A stretch of 63,856 bases of DNA from an uncultured delta proteobacterium. GTDB taxonomy: Bacteria; Desulfobacterota; RBG-13-43-22. A program made the position numbers and the translations under genes. Positions 40,976 to 50,724 of the stretch are shown here, piece after piece. Every line of letters starts with the position of its first letter. The first letter of the stretch is position 1. The DNA lies in the NCBI GenBank assembly GCA_963743305.1, contig CAVUPH010000036.1, positions 1-63,856 on the forward strand. The letters are read 5' to 3'. The notes beneath the pieces are model-generated. The model made no database searches. It worked only from the letters and a program-made list of their open reading frames with translations, and was not told where the DNA came from.

Positions 40976-42933
40976 TTTCGGGGAAGTTGTTGGACGATGA
41001 GCTGATGGAGTTCGGCCAGCTCCTCCAGGAGGGTGGCGGCCAGGGAGGATTGTTCCTGGTGAGCTTGAACCAGCGGCCCATACTGTTGATAAACCTGCCT
41101 GGCCTGACCGGCCAACCCATCCACCAGTTGTTTTTGTTCTTCCAGGGTCTGGTTCATCCTTTTAGCCGTACCATCGATTTTTCCGGCCGCCTCCTGCAGG
41201 CGGATCTGCCGCCGGCCTTGGGTCGGCAGGAGGCGTTCCAAATTCTCCCAGAAGGCCCGCAAGCCCTCCATCTCTTTCACCAGTTGTTCTCCCTTGGTTC
41301 CCTGGATTAATAATTCATGACCCTGAGAATCGATGAATTCCCGCATCTCTTCCAATTGACTCGAAAGGGTCCGAAAGCCTCCCAGCCCGGCCTCCTGAAA
41401 AATCTTGCGCAGGGGCCTGACCTGTGACCAGGCGTTTTGCAGGTTTTGGTTTAATTCCTGCAATTGGATCCCCTGAAGTTCGGCCGTCTTTTGCAGCCGT
41501 CGGGCAAGCGGTGGCCTGGCCGAAGTGGCCCGAGGGAATGGGCCCACCGTCCAAGCCTGATCCTGAAACAGGAACATCAATCCCTGGCATTGGGTCAGGA
41601 TCCGGGTGAGGTCATCCAGCAGTTTTTCCCCCAGCCCTTTCCGTTCCGCCAGTACGCCTTTCCAGCGGTCGATGGCCGGCCAGACCGACTCCAGGACCGT
41701 CAACAGGTTACTCCATTCCTGCAGAGCGGACTCCCAGGGGGATTCCTTAGCCTTTTCGAGGCTTTGGTCGGCGGCCACGGCGCTCTCCGTCGACGGTGAC
41801 CCAGCAGGGGGGTTCCGGCCTTCCGCCAGGGGAACAAGAATTTGATTCACCTGGGCGCTGAGACCGCGAATTTCTTCCATCACCTTGATCAGGTCCTCGG
41901 GTTTTTTCCCCTTATGAAAAGTATTGAGCGAGGCCCTTAAGGCCAGAAGGGTGATCTTTTCATTCAACGCCTGCAGGGATTCCCAGGGAGCGTTCGACAT
42001 CGAATTTCCCACGGATCCGGGTCCCGCTGAACCAACGGTTTCCTCTCGTCTTTTCAGCTTTTGTTTAAGCTCCTCCAGGGTTCGCCGGCCGGGAGCTATC
42101 GCCGCGGCCACCTGATTCCATGCTTCCACCTCCTGTCCGGAGTTCAGGGATCGGAGTTCCTGATGGATGCGAGATAAGTCCTGAGCGGTTTCCCGAGCTG
42201 CTTCGGAAAGATTTTGGAGATACCCGGGTACACGTTTATACACCCCCTCCCGATTTTCGGCGGTTCCGGTCTCCGGGGATTGGCTTCGACCCAATTCTCC
42301 CAGCAGACGGATCAGGTCTTCTTGGGTCTTGAGGAGTTCCTTCATTTGTTCCAAGTGACGGTCTCCGGAAAAAACCCCGGGTTTCATCTGTTCCAGAGCC
42401 GCCAGCAACTCCTGCTCCTTAGTTTCCATCGTCCGCAGCGCCTCCCGCATAGTCCCGGACAGCGACTCCTGACGGCGTTTAAGATTCTGGGTGCGGGCCG
42501 CTATTTCCCTGGTCAACCCGGACACCCGGGAAAGGGTCGCTTTTTTCATCTGGAGCGTATCTTCTGCCGCCAGCGTCAGGGCATTAATCTCCTCCGTCAG
42601 CTCTTTTAAAGCCCCGTAGGAGCTGGCCAGTTGGCGTTCCTGACCGGCCAGGGCATCGGCCTGGCCGTCCAATTCGGACAACGATCGGGATAGGTCTTCC
42701 GCCACCTGGGAAAAACCCTTAATCCGGCGCGCGGATTCCGGATAACTCCCCAGGTCTTCCGAAGGGTACGTTTCCAGCTCTTTCCAATAATTACCGGGAA
42801 CGTCCGCTCCCAGCCAAAGTTCGACGAACCCCCGCAGGGCGACGGCTTGCCGAACCAACTCATCGGCACGAAGCCGGAGGGTGGCCAGTCTTTTCTCAAA
42901 ATCATCCTGGAAAGGAAACCGCGGTTCTTCCAT
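40972..42933 (-). CDS. Soluble coiled-coil protein with a degenerate chemoreceptor signalling hairpin
   Basis: Long heptad pattern. NEKITLLALRASL...KVMEEIRGLSAQ resembles the [14 protein letters not shown]...VADEVRKLA tip. Adjacent to a CheW-domain gene. Confidence 0.55.
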   Translation of the reverse strand: MEEPRFPFQDDFEKRLATLRLRADELVRQAVALRGFVELWLGADVPGNYWKELETYPSEDLGSYPESARRIKGFSQVAEDLSRSLSELDGQADALAGQERQLASSYGALKELTEEINALTLAAEDTLQMKKATLSRVSGLTREIAARTQNLKRRQESLSGTMREALRTMETKEQELLAALEQMKPGVFSGDRHLEQMKELLKTQEDLIRLLGELGRSQSPETGTAENREGVYKRVPGYLQNLSEAARETAQDLSRIHQELRSLNSGQEVEAWNQVAAAIAPGRRTLEELKQKLKRREETVGSAGPGSVGNSMSNAPWESLQALNEKITLLALRASLNTFHKGKKPEDLIKVMEEIRGLSAQVNQILVPLAEGRNPPAGSPSTESAVAADQSLEKAKESPWESALQEWSNLLTVLESVWPAIDRWKGVLAERKGLGEKLLDDLTRILTQCQGLMFLFQDQAWTVGPFPRATSARPPLARRLQKTAELQGIQLQELNQNLQNAWSQVRPLRKIFQEAGLGGFRTLSSQLEEMREFIDSQGHELLIQGTKGEQLVKEMEGLRAFWENLERLLPTQGRRQIRLQEAAGKIDGTAKRMNQTLEEQKQLVDGLAGQARQVYQQYGPLVQAHQEQSSLAATLLEELAELHQLIVQQLPRK

Positions 42934-42949
42934 AGCTGCTCCTTCATCC

Positions 42950-44125
42950 TCACTTCAGGCAAGCGATGATTTTTTCCACATCCCACACATAGAGAAAGCG
43001 ATCTTTCACTTGGATCAACCGATCCCGAAAAGGCTTCCGCTTTAGCGCCGGGTCGGAGGGCAGCGGATAGCCATCGGCAGCGACGGAAGTCGTCAACTCG
43101 CCGATCGCGTCGACCAGCAACCCGGCGGCCGCCCCCTTGGTTTCCACCAGGATCAAGCGTCCGGGTTCACCGGCAGGCATTTTTTCCAACTTTCCCCAAA
43201 GCCTTAAATCGATTATCGGTACCCGACGCTGATCGATGTCGGACAGCCCTACGAGGGGTTGATACTCCCGGGGCAATTGGATCAGAGGGGCTTGATCTTC
43301 GACGCTCAAGACCTGATCCGCGGGAAGGGCGTAGCATTCCTTATGGATTTCAAAAAGGAGATAATAGACGGCCGCCCCTGGATATGGCCCCAAGAACTTC
43401 CGGACTTTTAAAGTCGGATCCTGTTGGCCGGGGGCGCTATCTTTTTCCTCGCCCTCCAGACAGTGCTGCAGGTAAAGATAATGAGCCTCAAGGGTCGTCA
43501 GCCCTTCCCGCAGCTTCTCTATGATTTCAGGCATTCTCTGAACCGCGGGTGACCGGTCGGCCTTTCCCGAAGCTGATTGGGATGGCTCAAAAACAGGGGA
43601 TTCCATCTTCATTCTGCGCGGTTCGGAGGGTTCTTCAGCGGACCGGACGGATTTGGGTCCCCCGGACCAAAATCCTCCGGCCGAAGACTGATCACTGGGG
43701 GGAATAAAATCCTTCGCGTCACGACCACCCGGTGAATTCGGTTGGTGCGGTCTTTTTGACTCTTCCTGGGCTATGAGGTAATCGATTGATGAAAAAATTT
43801 TTTGCCCGAATTCGGACTTGGAGATAAATCCTTCGGCGCCCGCTTCCTTAGCGGCCAGACGGTATTCGGGGTAATCCTGAGGGCTGAGCATTATAACCTT
43901 GGGCGGGTTTGGCTGCTCGCTGATCCGACGGCTGATATCCAAACCGTTTACACCGGACAGGCACCAATTGATCAACACCAGTTCCGGACACAGCGCCTGG
44001 GCCCGATCAACCGCTTCCTCTCCGGAACTTAGGCAGCCGACGACTTCCAGGTGAGGAGCCAGCGAAAGAAGGCGTTCGGCCGCCGTCAGGAATTCCGGAT
44101 TGTCGTCCACCAGGAGAACGCGCAT
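42950..44125 (-). CDS. Response-regulator receiver + CheW-like domain protein
   Basis: MRVLLVDD...AGAEGFISK receiver; C-terminal YALPADQV..V, VGL....RVPIIDLR, GLLVDAI. Confidence 0.75.
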   Translation of the reverse strand: MRVLLVDDNPEFLTAAERLLSLAPHLEVVGCLSSGEEAVDRAQALCPELVLINWCLSGVNGLDISRRISEQPNPPKVIMLSPQDYPEYRLAAKEAGAEGFISKSEFGQKIFSSIDYLIAQEESKRPHQPNSPGGRDAKDFIPPSDQSSAGGFWSGGPKSVRSAEEPSEPRRMKMESPVFEPSQSASGKADRSPAVQRMPEIIEKLREGLTTLEAHYLYLQHCLEGEEKDSAPGQQDPTLKVRKFLGPYPGAAVYYLLFEIHKECYALPADQVLSVEDQAPLIQLPREYQPLVGLSDIDQRRVPIIDLRLWGKLEKMPAGEPGRLILVETKGAAAGLLVDAIGELTTSVAADGYPLPSDPALKRKPFRDRLIQVKDRFLYVWDVEKIIACLK

Positions 44126-44312
44126 GGATTAATGGACCCTATCTAGCCCGAAAAATTTAGCAATGATTTTTCCCACAGACAACCGAGGGTGCGGGATAAT
44201 CCCTATCAGTGAATCTCCGCTCCCGTCGGCTCAGCCCGCATTAAACCCCAAATAACAATAAAAAACAATCCCCTAGTTGTCTGGACCGGGTTCAAAGGAT
44301 AAATTCGAATGC

Positions 44313-45185
44313 TTAGGCCCGGCGATAAATACCGGCAGACTGGATGACCTCCCCGGAGCGAACCAGGCGTTCCAGTTGCTTTTCCAAATGGATCTGTTCA
44401 AACCAGCGGATCAGAAATTGGGGTTCCGGGTAATGGGGATAGAAAAAGTTTTTGCCCAAAAAAAAATCCAGGGGTTGGGGTTCGGATAATTCCCGCAGCA
44501 ACAGCCGGTCCCGCTGGTAAATCACCTCTTCAAAAGCCAAAAGACGTTCCGCCGATTGATCGAAAAAGGGACCGGCGTGCCCGGTGGCCAGCCGTTTGGC
44601 CGGCACCTTTCTCAAGGAGCGGATGGACTGAATAAAGTCATCGATATCGGCAAAATCATGCCCGTAAAAGGGGCCGAAGGGGGTTAGATCAATATCCGCG
44701 GTAAAAAGAAACTCGGCCTCGGGAACAAAAAAAGCCAGGTGTCCGGGGGTGTGCCCGGGTGTGGGCAACATCTCCAAAGTCAGCCCGCCCAGGTCCAATT
44801 GCTCCCGGGTTTCGATTTTTTTTTGGACCTTGATTACGGGAACCTCGATGCCCGGGAAGATCTTCTCCAGATTGAAACCTCCCCGGTCGAAACCGACCGA
44901 CTTCCGAAAATAGGGCAGATCTTCCAGATAAGTAGCTTCCTTTTCATGGGCCCAGACCGGGACTTCGGGGATTGAAGCCGCGGATAGGCGGTGGTCAATA
45001 TGGCAGTGGCTTAGAATCAGTAAGTCCAGTCCTTCCCGACGGCAGGCCCGAACGGCCGACTTCCCCATGCCGGCATCGATCAGGACCCGCAGCTTCTTAC
45101 CCCGCAAATAAAGACCGTTACAATAGGGGAAGCGGGCCCTGTTTTTCCCGGGGATTAAAAAAACGCGTCGGCCAAGTTCGATCAT
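44313..45185 (-). CDS. MBL-fold metallohydrolase
   Basis: LIDAG, SHCHIDH, PTPGHTPGH, DIDLTPFGPFYG, ATGH. Confidence 0.88.
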   Translation of the reverse strand: MIELGRRVFLIPGKNRARFPYCNGLYLRGKKLRVLIDAGMGKSAVRACRREGLDLLILSHCHIDHRLSAASIPEVPVWAHEKEATYLEDLPYFRKSVGFDRGGFNLEKIFPGIEVPVIKVQKKIETREQLDLGGLTLEMLPTPGHTPGHLAFFVPEAEFLFTADIDLTPFGPFYGHDFADIDDFIQSIRSLRKVPAKRLATGHAGPFFDQSAERLLAFEEVIYQRDRLLLRELSEPQPLDFFLGKNFFYPHYPEPQFLIRWFEQIHLEKQLERLVRSGEVIQSAGIYRRA

Positions 45186-45191
45186 TTTTTA

Positions 45192-46373
45192 TTATAGCAG
45201 CGCTGCCGGACGTACGGCTTGGGAGCCGAATTTTTCCTGAATGACGTCCAAGGCCTGGTTGAGATTAATGCCGGGTGCCGGGCGGTCTTCGGAATTAAAA
45301 ATGGAAAGCTGCTGACTTTGATAGGGGTGGTCCGGGTGGGAAACGGATATTCCCAATAGACGGATGGGCCGACGGCCGGCTTCGGTTTTGGACAGCAACC
45401 CACAAACCTGTCGATAAACGGTCCGTCCGTCGTTGGTGGTTTCCGGCAAGGTCAGGGACCGGGTGATTTGCCGGAAATCCTGGTACTTCACTTTCAGCGT
45501 AATGGTTCGGCCGGCAAAACCGCAGCGGCGCATCCGCCGGGTCACTCGCTGGGCCAAAGATAAGAGGGCTTTTTTTAAAACGTCCAGCTCCAGCAAGTCC
45601 AGGTCGAAGGTCTCTTCCTGGCCCACGGATTTAATCTCGTGGTCCGTTTGAACCTCCCGGTCATCAATTCCCCGAGCCAGTTCATACAGATGGCGGCCGT
45701 GTTCCCCGAATTTTTTCTCCAACAGGGATAGGGGCAAACGGCTCAGGTCTCCGATGGTCATCACGTTAAACAAGGCCAAGACGTTTCGGGTGGCCTCTCC
45801 CACCCCCCAGAGCCTGCCGATCGGCAAGGGGTCCAAGAACGCCCGGACCCCCTCAGGGGGTACCACGGTCAGGCCGTCCGGTTTGTGGAGAGCTGAGGCG
45901 ATTTTGGCCAGGAACATGTTCGGGGCCACTCCGGCCGAAAGGCTCAGACCGGTATTCTCTCGGATTAACGCTTTAATCTTTCGGGCCATTTCTTCCGGAG
46001 GCCCAAAAAGCCGGGTGGAGGCGGTGATGTCCAGAAAGGCCTCATCAATGGACAACGGTTCGACCAGGGGAGTGAAAAAACGAAAAAGGGAAAAGATTTG
46101 CTTAGAGATTTCCTGGTAGCGGGTCATGCGGACCGGAAGAAATACCCCCCGGGGGCAGAGGCGACGGGCAGTGGCTATGGGCTGCGCCGAATGGACACCA
46201 AAGGCCCGGGCCTCATAGGAGGCCGCCGAAACCACGCCCCTCCGATAATCCCCCCCCACAATTACCGGCCTCCCTTTTAGCGAAGGATCGTCCAGCATCT
46301 CCACGGAGGCATAGAAGGCGTCCATATCCATGTGGACAATTCGGCGACTTTTGGCGGCGACTTCCTGAAGCAC
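45192..46373 (-). CDS. dinB: DNA polymerase IV
   Basis: HMDMDAFYASVE, SYEARAFGVHSA, SIDEAFLD, LAKIAS..KPDG, LWGVG. Confidence 0.95.
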   Translation of the reverse strand: MLQEVAAKSRRIVHMDMDAFYASVEMLDDPSLKGRPVIVGGDYRRGVVSAASYEARAFGVHSAQPIATARRLCPRGVFLPVRMTRYQEISKQIFSLFRFFTPLVEPLSIDEAFLDITASTRLFGPPEEMARKIKALIRENTGLSLSAGVAPNMFLAKIASALHKPDGLTVVPPEGVRAFLDPLPIGRLWGVGEATRNVLALFNVMTIGDLSRLPLSLLEKKFGEHGRHLYELARGIDDREVQTDHEIKSVGQEETFDLDLLELDVLKKALLSLAQRVTRRMRRCGFAGRTITLKVKYQDFRQITRSLTLPETTNDGRTVYRQVCGLLSKTEAGRRPIRLLGISVSHPDHPYQSQQLSIFNSEDRPAPGINLNQALDVIQEKFGSQAVRPAALL

Positions 46374-46416
46374 GATTACGCTGGCCTTTCGAAGAAGAAA
46401 TCAAAACGGGCTGCCG

Positions 46417-47067
46417 TTATTTTTTATCGGGTATCAGAAAAACCCGAAAATCGGAAGTGCGAAAAAGGTCCCGGATTGTTTTTTCCAGAAGATTATTCAA
46501 GACCCGCTGGCTGCTAGGTGAAAAGGTGTCCGGACTGAAGGGGATACGCTCCTCCCGATGCCCGATTTTCTTGCTCCAGATCGTATCTCCGGTGGAGGGC
46601 CGGATAATAAAGGCCTCGATCTCCACATCGGCCACAAAACGTACTTTTTGATGGACAAAAAAATGGGAAACCGCCCCCCCGACTAAATAATCCACCTGAG
46701 TATAAGGTATTTTTTTTAAGAGCGTCCGAATATCCTGGCGGCCGATCTGGATAGTATAGATCTCATCGCTGCTGAGTTCATAGCCGCCGGCCTCGATCTC
46801 TTTTTTTACCGATCGGGTAACCAATTGCGAAATACTGGCGCCCCCTACCAGCTTCTCCCCGTATAAGCTGGCCTGCCCCACCCACTGGTTATCTTCCTGT
46901 CCGTTCCAGGTAGTATCTTCAAAGGGCAGCACCGCCACCCGGACCGGTTTACTCGGCTTCGGCGAAGCCTTTCCCGGGAGGTACTCCAGTTCCACCGTCC
47001 GGGTCATGATGCAGCCGACCAACAACAAAGGCAATAAACTCCACCAGGGAAAACGGCGGCTCTTCAT
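46417..47067 (-). CDS. Hypothetical lipoprotein (CsgG/YajG-like alpha/beta)
   Basis: Lipobox LLVGC; VAVLPFED. Confidence 0.7.
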   Translation of the reverse strand: MKSRRFPWWSLLPLLLVGCIMTRTVELEYLPGKASPKPSKPVRVAVLPFEDTTWNGQEDNQWVGQASLYGEKLVGGASISQLVTRSVKKEIEAGGYELSSDEIYTIQIGRQDIRTLLKKIPYTQVDYLVGGAVSHFFVHQKVRFVADVEIEAFIIRPSTGDTIWSKKIGHREERIPFSPDTFSPSSQRVLNNLLEKTIRDLFRTSDFRVFLIPDKK

Positions 47068-48429
47068 CTAAACCTCCTTTGGGGACTGTTCCTCCCAGGC
47101 CTTATCGGCTAACAGGGCATAGGCCTCGGCAAAACGATCCATGGCCGGGGCCAGGTCGGTAAACAGGGCCTCGGCTCCGGGATGGGTAAAATGGGCGCCG
47201 GTCTCCAAGGCCAGGCGGCGGCCCAATTCGGGTTTGTCCACCAGCAGACAGGGACGGAGCAAATTTTCATGCACGGGCTGTTCGGAACGAATGCCTTTAA
47301 ACAGGGGAGAGTTCAAGGCCACCTTTAAAGACGTCTCCTTGATATTGTGCGTGGCGAAATGGCAGAAGACGCAGGGCTCCACATCCCCATTGGCATTTAT
47401 GTGAAAATATTTGCGGCCCCCGGAAATACAGCCGCCAACCACCGGGCCATCGTTCCAGAAATCACCGACCAGAATCGGCTTAGCGGCCCGAACCCGGGTC
47501 AACCAGCTCCTCAGGCCATCCCGCTGGTCGGGGCTGGGCATTAACTCGACCTGCGGCTCCCGGCCGACCGGAACGTACATGAAATACCAGCCCAACAGGC
47601 ATCCCTGTTCGATCAGGAAATCGATAAAGGCCTCGCTGGTCAGGGTTTCATGATTCCTGCTGGTTTGAGTGGCGGAAAATCCGAAAATAATCCCGGCCTC
47701 CTTCAAATACCGCATGGCCCGCACGACCCGGTCGAAATGACCCGGTCCCCGACGTCGGTCGGTATCTTCCTGAAAACCTTCGAGGCTGATGGCCGGGATG
47801 ATATTCCCGCACCGGGCGATCCGCTCCGCCAAGGCCTGGTCTATCAATCCACCGTGGGTATAGATGTGAAAAATCATATCCCGGTGTCGTTCAAAAATAT
47901 CAAAAATATCCTTCTTGAAAAAAGGTTCTCCCCCCGAAACCACGCAAAAATACATGCCCATTTCCTTGGCCTCGTCCAGGGCTCGATGAATGGTCTCCAG
48001 GGACAATTCCGCCTCCCGGGTGTAGCTGCCGGCATAACACCCGAAACAGCGGAGATTGCATTGCATGGTCGGGCTGATGACCAAAAAAGCGGGAGGATAG
48101 AATCCGCCCTCCTGCTCGGAAAAGGCCTTGCGCCGGTTGGTCCCGACCAGTAACTGGTTGATGATCAAGGTCTGGATGATGGTTTTTCGGTGGTGGGGAT
48201 TGGTCCGGTAGAGAATTTTCTTGGTAACTTCCAGGGACGGGTGATCCTGGTCGAATAGATCCTGGATCCATTGGATCTTGGACACATAATAATCTTTGCG
48301 GGCCAACAGGGTGGCCAGTCGAGCGATCTGGGTGTAGGTCCAGCGGAATTTTTTTTCATCCCTGGTGTGCGCCAGGGCCGCCAGCAGTAAATTAATACTG
48401 TTGGCCAGGGCCTGATTTCTCAAGGACAT
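47068..48429 (-). CDS. Radical SAM protein with SPASM/twitch-like C-terminus
   Basis: CNLRCFGC, SGGEPF, GCISGGRKYFHINANGDVEPCVF. Confidence 0.92.
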   Translation of the reverse strand: MSLRNQALANSINLLLAALAHTRDEKKFRWTYTQIARLATLLARKDYYVSKIQWIQDLFDQDHPSLEVTKKILYRTNPHHRKTIIQTLIINQLLVGTNRRKAFSEQEGGFYPPAFLVISPTMQCNLRCFGCYAGSYTREAELSLETIHRALDEAKEMGMYFCVVSGGEPFFKKDIFDIFERHRDMIFHIYTHGGLIDQALAERIARCGNIIPAISLEGFQEDTDRRRGPGHFDRVVRAMRYLKEAGIIFGFSATQTSRNHETLTSEAFIDFLIEQGCLLGWYFMYVPVGREPQVELMPSPDQRDGLRSWLTRVRAAKPILVGDFWNDGPVVGGCISGGRKYFHINANGDVEPCVFCHFATHNIKETSLKVALNSPLFKGIRSEQPVHENLLRPCLLVDKPELGRRLALETGAHFTHPGAEALFTDLAPAMDRFAEAYALLADKAWEEQSPKEV

Positions 48430-48445
48430 CGGTTGCTCCCTTTAA

Positions 48446-48919
48446 TCAAGGCCATAAGCGACCGAGGGTTTCTCCCAGTCCCAACAACAGGAGACAGCCG
48501 GCCACCGAACCGCCGATCAGGATCGGGTAAGAGGCCCGTTTAGGAATTTTCAGCGAAAAAGCCATCAGGACGCCGCTCCACATCCCCCCGCCCTTGACCG
48601 GCACCAGGGTGATGAGGAATACCCCCAAACCCTTCCAGGCCGACCAGATCCGCCAGATCCTGGACTGTTGGACGCCCTCCCGGCGCCGCTCCAACCAGGG
48701 TTTGACCCGATGAAGAAAAGACAGCCGCAGGAGTCCCTCGTAGGCCAGATAAAACAAGGGAATTTGCGCGATATCCAGGAGTACTACCAGGGGAAAGAAG
48801 AAAAGCAGGCTCTGACCTAACCACTGAGCGCTCAATAGGGCAGCCGTCCGTCCTCCAAAGATATAAAGGACAAAGAAATTAACAAAATAATACTCCTTAA
48901 GCCAGTCCACCCATCCCAT
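48446..48919 (-). CDS. Small membrane protein (small multidrug export/COG2426-like)
   Basis: Four hydrophobic segments; GLGVFLI..VPV.GGGMWSG.L.A. Confidence 0.7.
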   Translation of the reverse strand: MGWVDWLKEYYFVNFFVLYIFGGRTAALLSAQWLGQSLLFFFPLVVLLDIAQIPLFYLAYEGLLRLSFLHRVKPWLERRREGVQQSRIWRIWSAWKGLGVFLITLVPVKGGGMWSGVLMAFSLKIPKRASYPILIGGSVAGCLLLLGLGETLGRLWP

Positions 48920-48996
48920 GCTTGCTATGCTGCACCCCCAGCCGGTTCTTCATCTTAGTAGAATGAAGCGCTTATTGCAATAAGATTTGCTGACTC

Positions 48997-49088
48997 TTCG
49001 CCCTTTTGGGTGTGTGGCCGCAATATAGGGCAGATTAACTTACAATCGGCCCTCCTTGGCCTCCGGGTCTCCGAGAAAGGGTTTTCCA
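48997..49088 (+). repeat. Repeat copy A (+)
   Basis: TTCGCCCTTTTGGGTG (48997-49012) plus core TGGCCTCCGGGTCTCCGAGAAAGGGTTTTCCA (49057-49088). Confidence 0.85.
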
Positions 49089-49205
49089 TATTGCTTAATA
49101 GGTTCTAACCCGGCCCCCGTGTTTTCAACTCTTTCTGGAGGCAGGGCCAGCCGGGGAGGCATCAAAATACTCTGAGTATGGGCCTGCTACAAATTAAATT
49201 AGCGA

Positions 49206-49320
49206 CTTAGGCCCGGATTCGAAGTCGGGAGTCCCTTTGGAAAACCCTTTCTCGGAGACCCGGTGGCCATACCAGATAGGCGAGAATACCCATCCAAAAG
49301 GGCGAACAACCTAATTTGTT
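49206..49320 (-). repeat. Repeat copy B (-), about 115 bp
   Basis: Core 49238-49269 is the reverse complement of the copy A core (31/32). The whole unit is an imperfect inverted repeat of 50561-50677. Confidence 0.85.
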
Positions 49321-50551
49321 AATAACGAGTTCGATCTCTCAGCAGCCGTTTCATATCCCGATCATAGAGCAGGGTGAAGAGGGTCATCACCCGGCCCAGG
49401 GCCGGTCCGGGATCGGACCAGGAAAAAAAATCATGGGCCGTATTTTTGTCGAAAAAACGAAAAAAAGAAGGCGTCATCTGAAATCGCCTGGGATTCTTGA
49501 AAAAATGGAGGAGGTCTCCCGGGAGTATCCAGCGGCAGCGTTTTCCCAGGGGATACTTCTGGGTCTCGGGGATCGGCCAATCCCTGGCCAGGCAATAGAG
49601 CCAGTACGGGAAATCCACGCCGGCGTAGACCGCCAGGGGCAGAGAGCCCCAAAACCGGGGATTGATTTCCATCAGCTTGGGCAACCCGTCCCGGGGGTCG
49701 TAGCGGAACTCCACCATGGCCACCCCGAACCAATCCAGGGCCCGAAGGAGAATTTCCGCCATTTTTTCGACCTGCGGGTCGGCAATGCTCTCCCGTAAGG
49801 TACTCGGCCCTCCGCTGATCGGATACTCCCGAATTCTTTGGTGGGTAAAGCGGGCTAAGGGCTCATGGTCCTTACTGAAAAGGAAGGAAACCCCCACCGC
49901 GGCCCCTCCCGGGGGAATGTACTCCTGAATCAAAGGCCAGGGATAATGGCCATGGACCCGCTGAAAGGCGGGCCAAAGGTCCTTTCGTTCGCGGACATAA
50001 GTAACCCCGGTGGAACCCGATCCCAGGCGAGGTTTGATAACTGCCGGACAGGGTAATTCCGGCAGCATTTCCTGCACTTCTTCCCATTGCCTGGGGAAGT
50101 AGGTCCGCGGTGTAGGGATCCCCAGCTTCCCGGCTAATTTCAAGACTTCATCCTTCCGCCGAGCCCGGTCCAGAAAGGCCTCCTCGTGCACCGGCAGGCG
50201 GGTATATTTTTCCACCTCTTTCCTGTTTCGGGCCAACAACAACATGGTCCGTTCTTCCATGGGGATCAGCGCCTCATAGGTCCGTCGCCGAAGTTCGCGA
50301 ACCACCTCTTCCAGAAAAGCCTCGGGTTGGAAATAGGGCGATGGATACACCCAGCGACGATCACAAAAACGGGAGAAAAACGTAGTGGCGATCCAGGTAC
50401 TTTCCCCCACGGTCACCCGAAGCCCTTTTTTTCCCAAGGATCGAGCCGCGGCCAGGGTCTTGGCCCAATGGCCGTCGGTCAGCAACACCCGGGGGGAGAG
50501 CCTTTTCCGGGTCAGAAAAGAGGTCTTATTGGGGCTTGAAGGAATCCGCAT
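49319..50551 (-). CDS. ATP-grasp (carboxylate-amine ligase) family protein
   Basis: LAAARSLG, AVIKPR.GSGS.G, LIQEYIP, AMVEFR.D.RDG..KLMEINPRFWGS. Confidence 0.9.
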   Translation of the reverse strand: MRIPSSPNKTSFLTRKRLSPRVLLTDGHWAKTLAAARSLGKKGLRVTVGESTWIATTFFSRFCDRRWVYPSPYFQPEAFLEEVVRELRRRTYEALIPMEERTMLLLARNRKEVEKYTRLPVHEEAFLDRARRKDEVLKLAGKLGIPTPRTYFPRQWEEVQEMLPELPCPAVIKPRLGSGSTGVTYVRERKDLWPAFQRVHGHYPWPLIQEYIPPGGAAVGVSFLFSKDHEPLARFTHQRIREYPISGGPSTLRESIADPQVEKMAEILLRALDWFGVAMVEFRYDPRDGLPKLMEINPRFWGSLPLAVYAGVDFPYWLYCLARDWPIPETQKYPLGKRCRWILPGDLLHFFKNPRRFQMTPSFFRFFDKNTAHDFFSWSDPGPALGRVMTLFTLLYDRDMKRLLRDRTRY

Positions 50552-50560
50552 AATATGTTA

Positions 50561-50677
50561 AACAATTTATTGTTGCTTCGCCCTGTTGGGTGAGTACCCT
50601 GAATTGCTGGTTTGGCCGCCTGGGTCTCTTGGAAAGGGTTTTCCAAGGGCCATCCGGACTTCGAATCCTGTTCTAAG
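50561..50677 (+). repeat. Repeat copy C (+), about 117 bp
   Basis: AACAA...TTCGCCCTGTTGGGTG...TGGCCGCCTGGGTCTCTTGGAAAGGGTTTTCCAA...GACTTCGAATCC...CTAAG, colinear with the reverse complement of copy B. Confidence 0.8.
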
Positions 50678-50724
50678 CTATCAACGTTACATTACTAAAA
50701 ATACGCGCTAAGGGGTACCATTAA

